NCBI GenBank assembly: GCA_964016885.1
Contig: OZ024744.1
Coordinates: 40,114,001 to 40,178,000 of the forward strand
Source of the DNA: Eledone cirrhosa
Taxonomy: Eukaryota
Length of the DNA: 64,000 nt
Reading direction: 5' to 3'
Positions 49,376 through 61,043 of the stretch are shown here, piece after piece. The notes beneath the pieces were generated by a model. The model saw only the letters and a list, made by a program, of their open reading frames with translations. It was not told the origin of the DNA and did not search any database. Position 1 is the stretch's first letter. Each line of letters opens with the position of its first letter. The position numbers and the translations under genes were made by a program.

Positions 49376-50375
49376 TAGTAAGCCAAGGAGGAAATTCCTC
49401 AACATATCCTACAAAAATCTTAGATCATGTGGTCCAGATAGAGTGGCTTGCAGAAAAACCATTTCAGATGGAGTTAGAGCATTTGAAATGAGGAGGTTAA
49501 AACATGCAGCACTGAAAAGAAATAGTAAGAACTGAGACCAATAGTAAAAATGATAAATCTTATCCAGTGTTGATTGTCAAATACCCTGTGTGTTCTAAGG
49601 TGGGCCTTTTGTATGCTGGCTTGAAGTCACACCAACCAGCACATGATGGTAAAGTCCAAGTTGACTATTCAAACTCTGTTACAGAGAATCAGTTGATGTT
49701 TGTCAGAAAATTTGCAACTCAAGTGGTGGATTGAAGTGACCTCTTAACTTACATAGGAAGCAACCCTAAGTGGAAATAAGAACGAAATGAGATATTGTAT
49801 TATTTGTGGACAGGTGTTTCACAAGCTTTCAGGACTAAAAAGCCATTTGAGATCTCATGCTAGGAAGGACATAAAGTGCAAGAAGTGGTCAAGCTTTGTA
49901 TGGAGTAGACGACCTTTATGTATGTATGTATATGTGTGTGTGGTGAAAGTTGCTTTTGAAGCATCTCAAATTGCATACGAGAAAGTAAAAAGGGATTTCA
50001 GGAAAGGCATTACTGTTATATTTCCAGACAGCGAAGTTCCTCCTGTGGCGCTGACATGCAGCATCTGTGCAAGACTCTGCCTCAACAAAGCTGGACTCGA
50101 ACATCATCTTCGCAGTCATAAAGTGAGACCAGTGGTTGACTACCAGGCTGTTGTTGGAGATGCTACTCATCATAACTGCCATGCATGTGGTAGAGAGTGT
50201 AAATCAGCAGGAGGGCTCAAACGACATGCTAAGCTGGCTATTGCCAGTGAATGTTTTGGTTGCCAACTCTGTGCAAGACATTTTAGATCATTGGCCACAT
50301 TCGATCGCAGCACCATTAATTATTAATATTTATCATGTGATGGCCATACTCAATAATGAGGAGGCAGCCATGATG
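49376..50375 (+). pseudogene. RTE-like 3' fragments with multiple C2H2-like zinc fingers
   Basis: DRVACRKTISDGVRAFE, then CIIC..LKSHLRSH, CSIC..LEHHLRSH, CHAC..GLKRH, CQLC. Confidence 0.65.
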
Positions 50376-50769
50376 TATCATATTCACCCTCAGTGTTTAA
50401 CATCAATTTTCCATGTTGGCATGGGTTAGATGGGTTGCCACATTCTGAGACTATAACAAGTCAGATGATTACATTTTACTCATATGTTTTGGCATGGTTT
50501 TTAAGGCTTGATACCCTCCTAACACCAGCCCCTTTTTAACATGTAGTGGATGCATTTTACTGTGGTGGCAGCATCACTACTTTACAGGGTGTACTGCATG
50601 CATTTTATTGTGGGGCCAGAATAACTACCTTATCAAGTGTTTTAGGTGCATTTTAATGTGGCACCAGCAGTACCACATTACTGTGTACTTGGGGCATTTT
50701 AATGTGGCACCGGCACTAACACTTCACAGACCACCCCTTCCAACATATATATATATGTATATATGTATG

Positions 50770-50989
50770 TAAAAAGTAAACAGAAATAACAACACAATGA
50801 GTACAGTATATGGAAGGAATATATTAGGTTAATGCGTGTAATAGCAGGAAGAGGGTCTTAACGTTTTGGACACTATTCCTTCATCAGAAGAAAGAATGAG
50901 AAATTAGAAAGATTGAAGGGACGGGCTGGGTGGAATTGGAAAATAAGTTTTTAGAGAAAAATAACAGGTCTATTCATGTTGTCATCTCT

Positions 50990-50992
<3 letters not shown>
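50770..50992 (-). mobile_element. PLE pLTR copy with a hammerhead-like core at 50856-50891
   Basis: rc: tctt CTGATGA aggaatagtgtcc AAAACGTT aaga (G12 mutated). Confidence 0.6.
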
Positions 50993-51022
<30 letters not shown>

Positions 51023-51030
<8 letters not shown>

Positions 51031-51770
51031 ATATGGGTGAGAAGAATACTGCTGGTTGCATATGGATAACATGTTATAAAATGAGTCCCTCATCAGTGAT
51101 TTACCAAACGATCATGGGTATTTCATCGCATTAAAAATCATATACCTCACGTTGGAGCGATAATAACTAAAATAAGTTATTAGGACAATAGAAACGCGTA
51201 AAGCGAGTGAGACAAGTAAACAACACAGGGGGAAGCTAACCGAAGATGGAAATAAACACAAGCAACATAGTTATTCTTTCAGCATAAGCTGTGTGAATAT
51301 ATGAGCGAGTCAGAAAACAGACCTTTCGCTAGTGAATCCGGTGTTAGAAAGAATGAAAACCGTTTTCCCAGCGAACGGGAGGAAGAAAGAAGGGGAGAAA
51401 CAGGGACTGAGTGAGTGGGAGTGCGAGGAAGAGGTCAGTAGAGAGAAAGAGTTAACTGACATGGCAGAGGGGATGAAAGAAAGTAAGAGAAACAGAGAGA
51501 ACGAGGGAGTAGTAAGAGAGAAAGAGAGAAACACAGAATTGCAGTTGGGTAAATATATGAAAATATGGGTGAGAAGAATACTGCTGGTTGCACATGGATA
51601 ACATGTTATAAAATGAGTCCCTCATCAGTGATTTACCAAACGATCATGGGTATTTAATCTTATTAAAAATTATATACCTCACTTTGGAGCGATAATAACT
51701 AAAATAAGTTATTAGGACAATAGAAACGCGTAAAGCGAGTGAGACAAGTAAACAACACAGGGGGAAGCTA
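51023..51770. repeat. ~215-bp direct repeats (51023-51238, 51555-51770) around a GA-rich spacer
   Basis: ATATGAAAATATGGGTGAGAAG..GGGGAAGCTA duplicated with few mismatches. Confidence 0.9.
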
Positions 51771-52320
51771 GTGATAGAGTGAAGAATAACATGATCAACA
51801 GTACAAAAAGGGTTTTATTTACAGTATTAACAATAGTTTCATTGGTTAAGTTGTCTTAAAATTGCTAATCTCTTGAAGTTGTGTTATTCAATTTTAAATA
51901 CGATGTATGCTTAACCAAATCATCGGAAAAACTGTTTAAAATTATACACAACGTCTACAAATTCAAATTACAACATCATTAATTTTCTGTAGACATAAAA
52001 CATCAAATAAATTCGATAACTTCAAACCAACTTGATTCGACCCAACAATTCCATAATTCAAATTATACCACCTGAGTCTATTATAATAACCCATTATCAT
52101 CATTGTTGTTATTATTGTTATTAACTGTCAATGAATCAACATCATAACCTATTATATTTTCTCTCTTTCATTTTCTATCTTTTAATTTATTTCCCTAAAT
52201 ATATTTCATCTCCTACATTATAACCTATCGTATTATCTTCACTTCTAATAAAACTTCCAATTTATTAAATTATTAATTTAAATAATACATATATGAATAT
52301 ATTTAATATTTTCATGTTTA

Positions 52321-53070
52321 TACCATCATATCTTTATATTTTAGCCACCAACACCACAACTATTTTAACCACCAATACCATCATATCTTTATATTTTAGC
52401 CACCAACACCACAACTATTTTAACCACCAATACCATCATATCTTTATATTTTAACCACCAACACCACAACTATTTTAACCACCAATACCATCATATTTAT
52501 ATTTTAGCCACCAACACCACAACTATTTTAACCACCAATACCATCATATCTTTATATTTTAGCCACCAACACCACAACTATTTTAACCACCAATACCATC
52601 ATATCTTTATATTTTAACCACCAACACCACAACTATTTTAACCACCAATACCATCATATTTATATTTTAGCCACTAACACCGCAACTATTTTAACCACCA
52701 ATACCATCATATCTTTATATTTTAGCCACCAACACCGCAACTATTTTAACCACCAATACCATCATATCTTTATATTTTAACCACCAACACCACAACTATT
52801 TTAACCACCAATACCATCATATCTTTATATTTTAACCACCAACACCACAACTATTTTAACCACCAATACCATCATATCTTTATATTTTAACCACCAACAC
52901 CACAACTATTTTAACCACCAATACCATCATATTTATATTTTAACCACCAACACCACAACTATTTTAACCACCAATACCATCATATTTATATTTTAACCAC
53001 CAACACCACAACTATTTTAACCACCAATACCATCATATTTATATTTTAACCACCAACACCACAACTATTT
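52321..53070. repeat. 53/55-bp minisatellite, ~13-14 copies
   Basis: Unit TACCATCATA(TC)TTTATATTTTARCCACCAACACCACAACTATTTTAACCACCAA. Confidence 0.95.
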
Positions 53071-53224
53071 TCAACAATCATATTATGTTCATTTTCTTCG
53101 CACATTTAACATTTTAAAATTTATTTTTTATCATCTTCGCTATAACTTATTTATTATTATTCATTTATTATCAATACTTTTATTTTATCTCTCTATTTTT
53201 CTTTATCTTTTTTCTTTATTCATT

Positions 53225-53247
53225 TTTCTTCTTTCTTTTTTTCTTTT

Positions 53248-53331
<84 letters not shown>

Positions 53332-53332
53332 T

Positions 53333-53367
<35 letters not shown>

Positions 53368-53450
53368 CTTTTTTCTCTCTATCTTTTTCTTTTTTCTTCT
53401 TTTTCTTTTTTCATCATTTTCTTTTTTCTTCTTTTTATTTTTCTTTCTTT
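53225..53450. repeat. (TTTC)n pyrimidine tract
   Basis: Direct reading. Confidence 0.95.
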
Positions 53451-53845
53451 ATTAATGATGTAATTTGAATTTGCAAATGCTGTGTATAATTTTAAACAGT
53501 TTTTCCGATGATTTGGTTAAGCATACATCGTATTTAAAATTGAATAACACAACTTCAAGTGATTAGCAATTTTAAGACAACTTAACCTATGAAACTATTG
53601 TTAATACTGTAAATAAAACCCTTTTTGTACTGTTGACCATATTATTCTTCACTATTTCACTATTATTACTCCAAGATTAACTTACATAGGAACTCCCAAG
53701 AACTTATATACTCGATACCTAAGGAAACCTTGTTGAGTCAAACAACGCCGTATGCTAAAACTATCCACAATACGGAGTATTCACAACCTCTAACTGGATT
53801 ACTTATAATGATAACTTGTTATCCCTTATATATATATAGAAAGAG

Positions 53846-54188
53846 AGAGGCACATGGCTTAGTGGTTAGAGCATTGGCCTTGCAATCGAAAGGTTGTGAG
53901 TTCAATTCTCAGACCGGGTGGTGTGTTGTTTCCTTGAGCAAGACACTTTATTTCACATTGCTCCAGTTTACTCAGCTGTAGAAATGAGATGATAGGTCCA
54001 TATCATTCCACTGCAAAGTGGTCGTGGAGGTGCCACGGCAAAAAAGCACCCAACACTCACTGTAAATGAGGTTGGTGTTAGGAAGGGCATTCAGCTGTAG
54101 AAATCAAGCCAGAATCAGTTCCCGTCCCACCCTTGCAAGCAGGGAAAAAGCGGACGTAAAATGAGATGATGATGATGATGATGATGAT
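53846..54188 (+). mobile_element. SINE-B, full length
   Basis: tRNA head, CORE-like domain, RTE tail, (GAT)n. Confidence 0.92.
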
Positions 54189-54240
54189 ATATATACAATG
54201 ATATTTAATAAATGGAAACTATATTTATAAAACCCTATTT

Positions 54241-54299
54241 ATTCTATTATATATATTTCAAGGGTACCAACACTTTGGTACGCTCTCATCAGATAAAAT
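54241..54299 (-). ncRNA. Type I hammerhead ribozyme
   Basis: rc: attttat CTGATGA gag-c-gtaccaa agtg ttggtac-c-ctt GAAA tatata TA atagaat; 7-bp stem I, AUA site, palindromic stem III. Confidence 0.8.
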
Positions 54300-55499
54300 A
54301 CCAAGTGTGCTTTATAAATATTGACATAACCAGGAAGACGATCTTAACGGTTCAAGTTTTTCTTGGATAGTAAAAGGAAAGAAGGAAAAGAGAAGAAAAG
54401 TCAAATATTTCAAATTATTAAGATAAATATGCAAATGAGGTTGAGGTATAGTGCTGAAAAAAACGTTATTTTTAGACGCTAGGTAGATTTAAATAATTAT
54501 TAGGATATATGTATGTGTAGTAGGAAGAAGAAAGAGAAAAAAAGAAAAGCTTGTATTTACATGAATTTAAAAAGAATTAACAGTTTGTAGGAATGGGGGA
54601 ATATGATTCCAGAATTAAAAAAAAATTATTTAGCTATATTTATTGTATATATAATCAATTAGATTATATGAAGAATTATGGTGGTAAGTTCATTTTATCT
54701 TATTACATTACAACAGGTTGTAAGTATATAAATATCTATATAGATTAATAATTGTGCAAGTATAAGTATTATTGGTGATTTTATAGAAATAAACCACACG
54801 TTTTAATTGTTTACATTTCTAAGACGAGTTACGAAGGATGTTGATTTTACATTTTACATATATATTTAAGAAAAAAGGCGTAGTTCAAATTGAATAAGAG
54901 AAGAACAATTTGTAAATTCAAATATTTTGTTCCAAATTTGAAAATATTTTCAGAACATTGTTAATTTAGCGAAATTATATAATTTATCATACAAGTTATC
55001 ATGTCTATGTTTGCTCAATTGTCAAGGAAAAGATAACTCCAATATTATTTGCTGACTGATTTACTTAGAAATATGTAGAGAAAATTATATATTATTCTGT
55101 GTGAGATTATAAGGTATTTTATATTATATGTTTTTCAAGGATGAGAATTTCAATTACATATTATTTACGTCAAAAGATGTGTGAAAAGTTTGAAGATTAA
55201 AAAGAGGAAAAAAATGTATTATTAGATAAGTCAAGAGTGCATTTCCAAGAACTATCGTAAAGAGGATATCCTTCAGAATGTCAATTAAAAAGTATCAATC
55301 TAAATCTAAAAAATAGATTAAGAAGAGTATCATTAGGAAAAGAATATCAAATGGTAAAAATACTAAATTTAAGAAGGAAGATAATTTAAAAAAATTCAAA
55401 TTTTTAAAGAAAAACTCAGTAAATAATAGGATCATTTTAAAGGTGTATAAGATATAGTCAAATGTAATGAATATCATAAATTAAAAATACTTCGGAAAG

Positions 55500-56230
55500 T
55501 GGAATTTTGGCAATGTCTGCAAGCAGAAAATAATTCTGTTTTTAAATTAATAGAGTTTTGACAGTTAATTATGTAAAAAATTTCCTCGATACACAAATGA
55601 CAGATTCTTGAGAAAGCCATATTTCGGTATGCAGGTGCTTTCGTAATCGTTCCCCAATATATTGAATAGTCTATATTGTTATCCTTTAAATTCCAAATTA
55701 GATGTGAAAGTGAAGTGGAAGATTTTTTATCGGACCTATTAAATGTATGTTTGTGGTTGTGGCAGTTTGATTTAATTCTACAATTACATTTTCTGGAGTT
55801 GTTGTTACTAGGAACGGTACTATTATTATGAATATTGTTATTAGAAATATTATTATTGCTATCTTGGTTTGTTTGGTTAGGTTTAAATTTAAGTTTTTAT
55901 TATTAATTCTATTTATATTTTGTGCTATGTTCATAGTAGTAGAGTAGGATTGTTTTATAGTGTGTCTGTTAAAAATAGAGTGGTATCTGTGGGCTTTAGG
56001 AAAACACTTATCTAGTGCTTTAATAAATAGCTTTGCTAAATGTGTTTTAACGCCTAATGAGAATGGGGGAGAGTACCAAATAATATTTCTAGTTCTAGTT
56101 TTTTTGTTTGGTTTACTATTTAAGTTGAATTGTTTATTGTTTATTGTTTAGTGTTTATTGTTATTATAATGAATTCTAGGATGATTTATCATGTTTTAAT
56201 ATCATTGAATATTATACTCCAGAAAACCTG
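55500..56230 (-). pseudogene. Degenerate Penelope-like linker + GIY-YIG endonuclease
   Basis: RTRNIIWYSPPFSLGVKTHLAK, FPKAHRYHSIFNRHTIKQSYS, STSLSHLIWNLKD, CHLCIEE, ELFSACRH match PLE C-terminal motifs. Confidence 0.8.
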
Positions 56231-56389
56231 TCCAGTGCTTAAAATCAGTTATAAACATATATATATGTTGAATTACCAACAAATTAAATATCCCTTTTGC
56301 TTATATATATATAGACACTTACATACATTCATTCATTCATTCATTCATACACACATACACGCACATACAAATTGATAGGTTAAAAATAT

Positions 56390-56790
56390 GACTTAGAAAA
56401 CAATTTTATCCTCAAATTCAATATTCAACAATTGAAAGATAAATTCAGGTTGACATAACAACCCCATTTTTAGATATTAATGTATTAATACAGAGATAAA
56501 GAATACATTTTTTCAAAAATTCGTCTGTGCAGTGAAAACATTAACAAATGCTACAACACATTGATGGTGATGAAGACTGTCCATATGGAATATAAAATAT
56601 CATTCATAAAACTGCTTCTGAGAAGAGCTTTTAGATCCTCATTCATAAAATATGGTTTAGGAAAATAGAATGAAAGAAACATTAGTTAGTAATAGGATAT
56701 TGCAACAGGTTAGTAGAAAGATCAAGCTGTAGTAAAGATACAAAAAAAAACAAAATATTTTTATAATTTCCTACGAGAAAACAAATACAA
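56390..56790 (+). pseudogene. Degenerate Penelope-like RT C-terminus
   Basis: PFLDINV..CP..YKISFIKLLLRRAF in broken frames. Confidence 0.55.
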
Positions 56791-56796
56791 TAAACT

Positions 56797-56798
<2 letters not shown>

Positions 56799-56869
<71 letters not shown>

Positions 56870-56871
56870 CC

Positions 56872-56920
<49 letters not shown>
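56799..56920. repeat. (CT)n(AT)n microsatellite
   Basis: Direct reading. Confidence 0.97.
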
Positions 56921-56971
56921 GAATAAGGAAAAGCGAAGTAGTTTCAGATGTTCAAGTCCTTTAATAATAAT

Positions 56972-57045
56972 GCTGTGATATATATTTCAGTGACGGCACT
57001 GGCTACACTGTTCTGTGTGCGAGTGTCGTGTCATCATCAGACAGC
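56972..57045 (-). ncRNA. Hammerhead ribozyme (left arm)
   Basis: Reverse complement of the 58417-58490 motif. Confidence 0.7.
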
Positions 57046-58416
57046 TTGTTACATAATAAGGTTATGTTTCCGAGGCAATCCAAATTGGATCGACAAGGGA
57101 ACGGATGAATTGCGTGTTCTTGGGTTTTTCATCCGCTCCCTTGTGAGTACCAATTCACCCCCACCGGCCTGCGCAAGCGCATGTCCGAAGGAAGTTGACC
57201 ATTCGCCACCGCAGACTTCTACGAAATTTGCTTAGTCAGTTCACCCTGTCATCCAAAACAATGGCCCACCAATGCCTGTACCATATTTTACTGCTACCCA
57301 TCACGGCTGTGGCAGTCAGCCGAGAGCCAGAGGGGATGGGAGAGTGTTAGTTTTTACAGGTCATAATACTACCCCTCACTAAGCGTTGACGGTACGACTG
57401 ACCATCACCTTATAAGGGAAAATAAACTTATTCTAGGTATCATGGTTTTACGTTGGAAGCTAAGAGTGAGAGTTGGAAATAAAAATTAAAATCCTAAATC
57501 AAATATCAGAAATTATAAATTAAACAATTAAGAAATTAACAATTAGAAATAAAAAAGAATTAAAAAAATTCTTTTCAGGTGATGATTCGGATTGAGGTGA
57601 GTAAAAATATAGACTGAAGTGAGTAAATAATATGGAGAGAGATGTTTAGGTAATATGTTCTGAGAGGGATTCTAGTGTCACAGTTACTCTATCCACATAT
57701 TGAATGACAATGCCGTACATTATAACTACAGGGCTCCAGGCATTAGTGAATCTGGTACACAGTTTTAATTTCCATCACTCCTATGTGGAAAAAGTACGTT
57801 GAGTGCTTGAATTGAATTGCATCAATGTTTACCCTAATAATTTAGCTCCAATTATTTTTACTCACCTCAATCCGAATTATCACCTGAAAAGAATTTTTTT
57901 AATTCTTTTTTATTTCTAATTGTTAATTTCTTAATTGTTTAATTTATAATTTCTGATATTTGATTTAGGATTTTAATTTTTATTTCCAACTCTCACTCTT
58001 AACTTCCAACGTAAAACCATGATACCTAGAATAAGTTTATTTTCCCTTATAAGGTGATGGTCAGTCGTACCGTCAATGCTTAGTGAGGGGTAGTATTATG
58101 ACCTGTAAAAACTAACACTCTCCCATCCCCTCTGGCTCTCGGCTGACTGCCACAGCCGTGATGGGTAGCAGTAAAATATGGTACAGGCATTGGTGGGCCA
58201 TTGTTTTGGATGACAGGGTGAACTGACTAAGCAAATTTCGTAGAAGTCTGCGGTGGCTAATGGTCAACTTCCTTCGGACATGCGCTTGCGCAGGCCGGTG
58301 GGGGTGAATTGGTACTCACAAGGGAGCAGATGAAAAACCCAAGAACACGCAATTCATCCGTTCCCTTGTCGATCCAATTTGGATTGCCTCGGAAACATAA
58401 CCTTATTATGTAACAA

Positions 58417-58490
58417 GCTGTCTGATGATGACACGACACTCGCACACAGAACAGTGTAGCCAGTGTCGTCACTGAAATATATATCACAGC
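58417..58490 (+). ncRNA. Hammerhead ribozyme (right arm)
   Basis: gctgt CTGATGA tgacacgacact..agtgtcgtcact GAAA tatata TC acagc; perfect 5-bp stem I, AUC site. Confidence 0.72.
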
Positions 58491-58640
58491 ATTATTATTA
58501 AAGGACTTGAACATCTGAAACTACTTCGCTTTTCCTTATTCGATATTTACTCCGTCACTCCTATGTGGAAAAAGTACGTTGAGTGCTTGAATTGAATTGC
58601 ATCAATGTTTACCCTAATATATATATATATGTATATATAT

Positions 58641-59800
58641 ACTTATGCCCAAACTCTCTGTTATGGGTGTGAGAGATGATATTTTTAACTGGTTGAAGTT
58701 AAAAGAGGTAGTCACGGTTCTAGGACAGCATTCCTCACCGTATGAGATGTCATCTGGGGTACTGCAGGGATCTGTTCTTGGTCCTCTTTTGTTTGTTGCA
58801 TATATTAATGGCATAGATACCAACTTAAAGAATGCCACAGTACTGGAATATGCAGATGACATCAAGCTGTACATTGAGATAAAAAGTACATATCCTGAAT
58901 ACTATATATCTTTCCTGCAATCAGACCTGGACACAATGCAGTAATGGATCACAGACTGGCAACTCAAGCTGGCTGTGGACAAGTGTACCACCATGCATTT
59001 TGGGAGGAAAAACCCAGCATCCACATACTCCCTCCACAACATTAATATCAAGAAGTCTTCTTGTGAACGTGACCTGTGCATTACAGTCAGCAGTGATTTG
59101 CATTGGTGAAGCACATCTCTAAAATTGTCAAGAGGGCCGAGGGTGTCTTAGCATCACTCAGCAAGACCTCCAGCTATCTATTTAAAGCTGAACATGGCTA
59201 TGGTGCGGCCACGCTTAGAATTTGCATCACCAGTCTGGAACCCCTATCTTGCTCAGAACGTTGACTGCCTGGAAACTGTTCAGAGACGTGCAACCAAGCG
59301 AATACCCTCCATCAGGCATCTACCATACTCTGAACACCTTGCTTCCCTGGGCATGGATACATTGAAGTTCCGACGTCTGGCAACTGACTTGGTAAACACC
59401 CACAAAACTATTAACCATCCTACCAACATCAACCCTGAGCACCTTTTTGATTTCCCTGTGTCTAACACACATGGGCATGCCTACAAAGTCAGAAAACAGC
59501 ACAGCTCCCATAACTTTTGGAAACATTTTTTCATGTTCAGAGTTGCTGAAGCATGGAACAAACTGCCTGCATCAGTTGTTAGCTGTCGGGACACTGCATC
59601 CTTGAAAACCTCCATGCTGCCTGAAATTCGCCAACACTACACCTAATAATCCCCCTCTATACACACGCACACAAGTATATTATGACTCATACACTATTCA
59701 CTTTCCTGACATTTGTATATTATTCTATGTACTATACATGCACCTTTGATAAGTTGTAGTGCACCTGAACACTGTACACAATAATTTCATTATTATTACT
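58641..59800 (+). mobile_element. 5'-truncated CR1-type LINE
   Basis: SGVLQGSVLGPLLF, EYADDIKLY, LQSDLD, RPRLEFASPVWNPY, VQRRATK, FF..RV..WNKLP; (ATT)n tail. Confidence 0.92.
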
Positions 59801-59814
59801 ATTTTATATATATA

Positions 59815-60428
59815 TCATCATCATCATCACCATTTTACGTCAATGTTTCCATGCTAGCATGGTTTAGACAGGTTGTCCTGTTTTGGGCCATTCCAGGTCA
59901 GGTGACCATGTCTTGCTCATACATATATCATCATTATCATCATCACCGTTTTACGTCTGTTCTTATACGCTAGCATCGGTTAGACGGGTTGTCCTATTGT
60001 GGGGAGTGTCCAGTCGGCTGCCCTTGTCTTGCTACACAGGAACTGATTCTGGCTTGATTTCTACAGCTGGATGCCCTTCCTAAAAACCAACCTCATTTAC
60101 AGTGAGTGCTGGGTGCTTTTTTTCCATGGCGCCTACACGTCCACTTTACAGTGTCGGCTGGGTGCTTTTTTGCCATGGCACCCCCACGACCACTTTGCAG
60201 TGGAAGGGGGTGGGGGCATATTGTCTATATGCTTCAGCTTCGGCTTGTTCCTGTGGGAAGTCGGCTCTTCTGTATTACTGCATGATACCAGAGGTCACGA
60301 TCATGTGTCATCGCAATTGGGTAAGGTTGGCTTTTATCACCTCATCCCAGGTCTTCTTGGGTCTCCCCACTCCGCAGCTTCCATCGACTTCTAGTACTCT
60401 GCACCTTTTTATGCAGCTGTCATCCTTA
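59815..60428 (-). mobile_element. RTE 3' fragments
   Basis: Reverse complement of 27135-27649. Confidence 0.88.
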
Positions 60429-60451
60429 TATCATCCATATATATATGTATA

Positions 60452-60797
60452 TCATCATCATCATCATCATTTCATTTTACGTCCACTTTTCCCTGCTTGC
60501 AAGGGTGGGACGGGAACTGATTCTGGCTTGATTTCTACAGCTGGATGCCCTTCCTAACACCAACCTCATTTACAGTGAGTGCTGGGTGCTTTTTTGCCGT
60601 GGCACCTCCACGACCACTTTGCAGTGGAATGATATGGACTCCAGTCCCTATCATCTCATTTCTACAGCTGAGTAAACTGGAGCAATGTGAAATAAAGTGT
60701 CTTGCTCAAGGAAACAACACATCGCCCGTCTGAGAATTGAACTCACAACCTTTCGATTGCAAGGCCAATGCTCTAACCACTAAGCCATGTGCCTCCA
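60452..60797 (-). mobile_element. SINE-B, full length
   Basis: Reverse complement of 53846-54188. Confidence 0.92.
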
Positions 60798-60909
60798 TGT
60801 GCCTATATATATATATAGTAATAATAAATATGAAGACCAAAATCCGATAAGGATTGTATATATATATTAATAAAAAAGTATATATAAACCCGTAGACCAA
60901 ATATTTTTA

Positions 60910-61043
60910 ATTAGTACAAATTAAAGTTTAAGCAAAGACTCGCTGCTTTCACCCTGTTACAGGATCTTCTGAAAGAGTTTCAGAAGATCCTGTAAAAGCG
61001 TGAAAGTAGTGATTCTTTGCTTAAACTTTAATCTGTAACTAAT
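60910..61043. repeat. ~135-bp palindrome with a 3-nt loop
   Basis: TTACAGGATCTTCTGAAA gag TTTCAGAAGATCCTGTAA core; the outer arm is related to 11690-11730. Confidence 0.88.

Larger units (their letters stand above)
51777..53655. mobile_element. PLE-like fold-back: ~205-bp inverted arms (51777-51983, 53451-53655), each with a CCGATGA hammerhead variant
   Basis: cagttttt CCGATGA tttggttaag..cttaacc(a/t)at GAAAC tatt GTT aatactg at 53497-53609(+) and 51822-51934(-). Confidence 0.75.
56921..58618. mobile_element. PLE-like fold-back with ~685-bp near-identical inverted arms (56921-57608, 57851-58541) and a ~68-bp tail duplication (57771-57838, 58551-58618)
   Basis: Mirror ORFs 56948(+) and 58257(-) are almost identical; a hammerhead lies near each outer end. 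Confidence 0.88.

Noticed and set aside
51080-51205. Hammerhead in the 215-bp direct repeat
   Set aside because: CTGATGA and GAAACGCGTA lie on opposite strands, so the stems cannot be assembled
54400-55480. Possible CR1/L2 relic on the minus strand (WNHIP)
   Set aside because: A single weak motif in very AT-rich sequence
56948-57235. 95-aa ORF duplicated at 58257-58514
   Set aside because: Antisense to the ribozyme-bearing arm with no recognisable motif; the duplication is due to the inverted repeat
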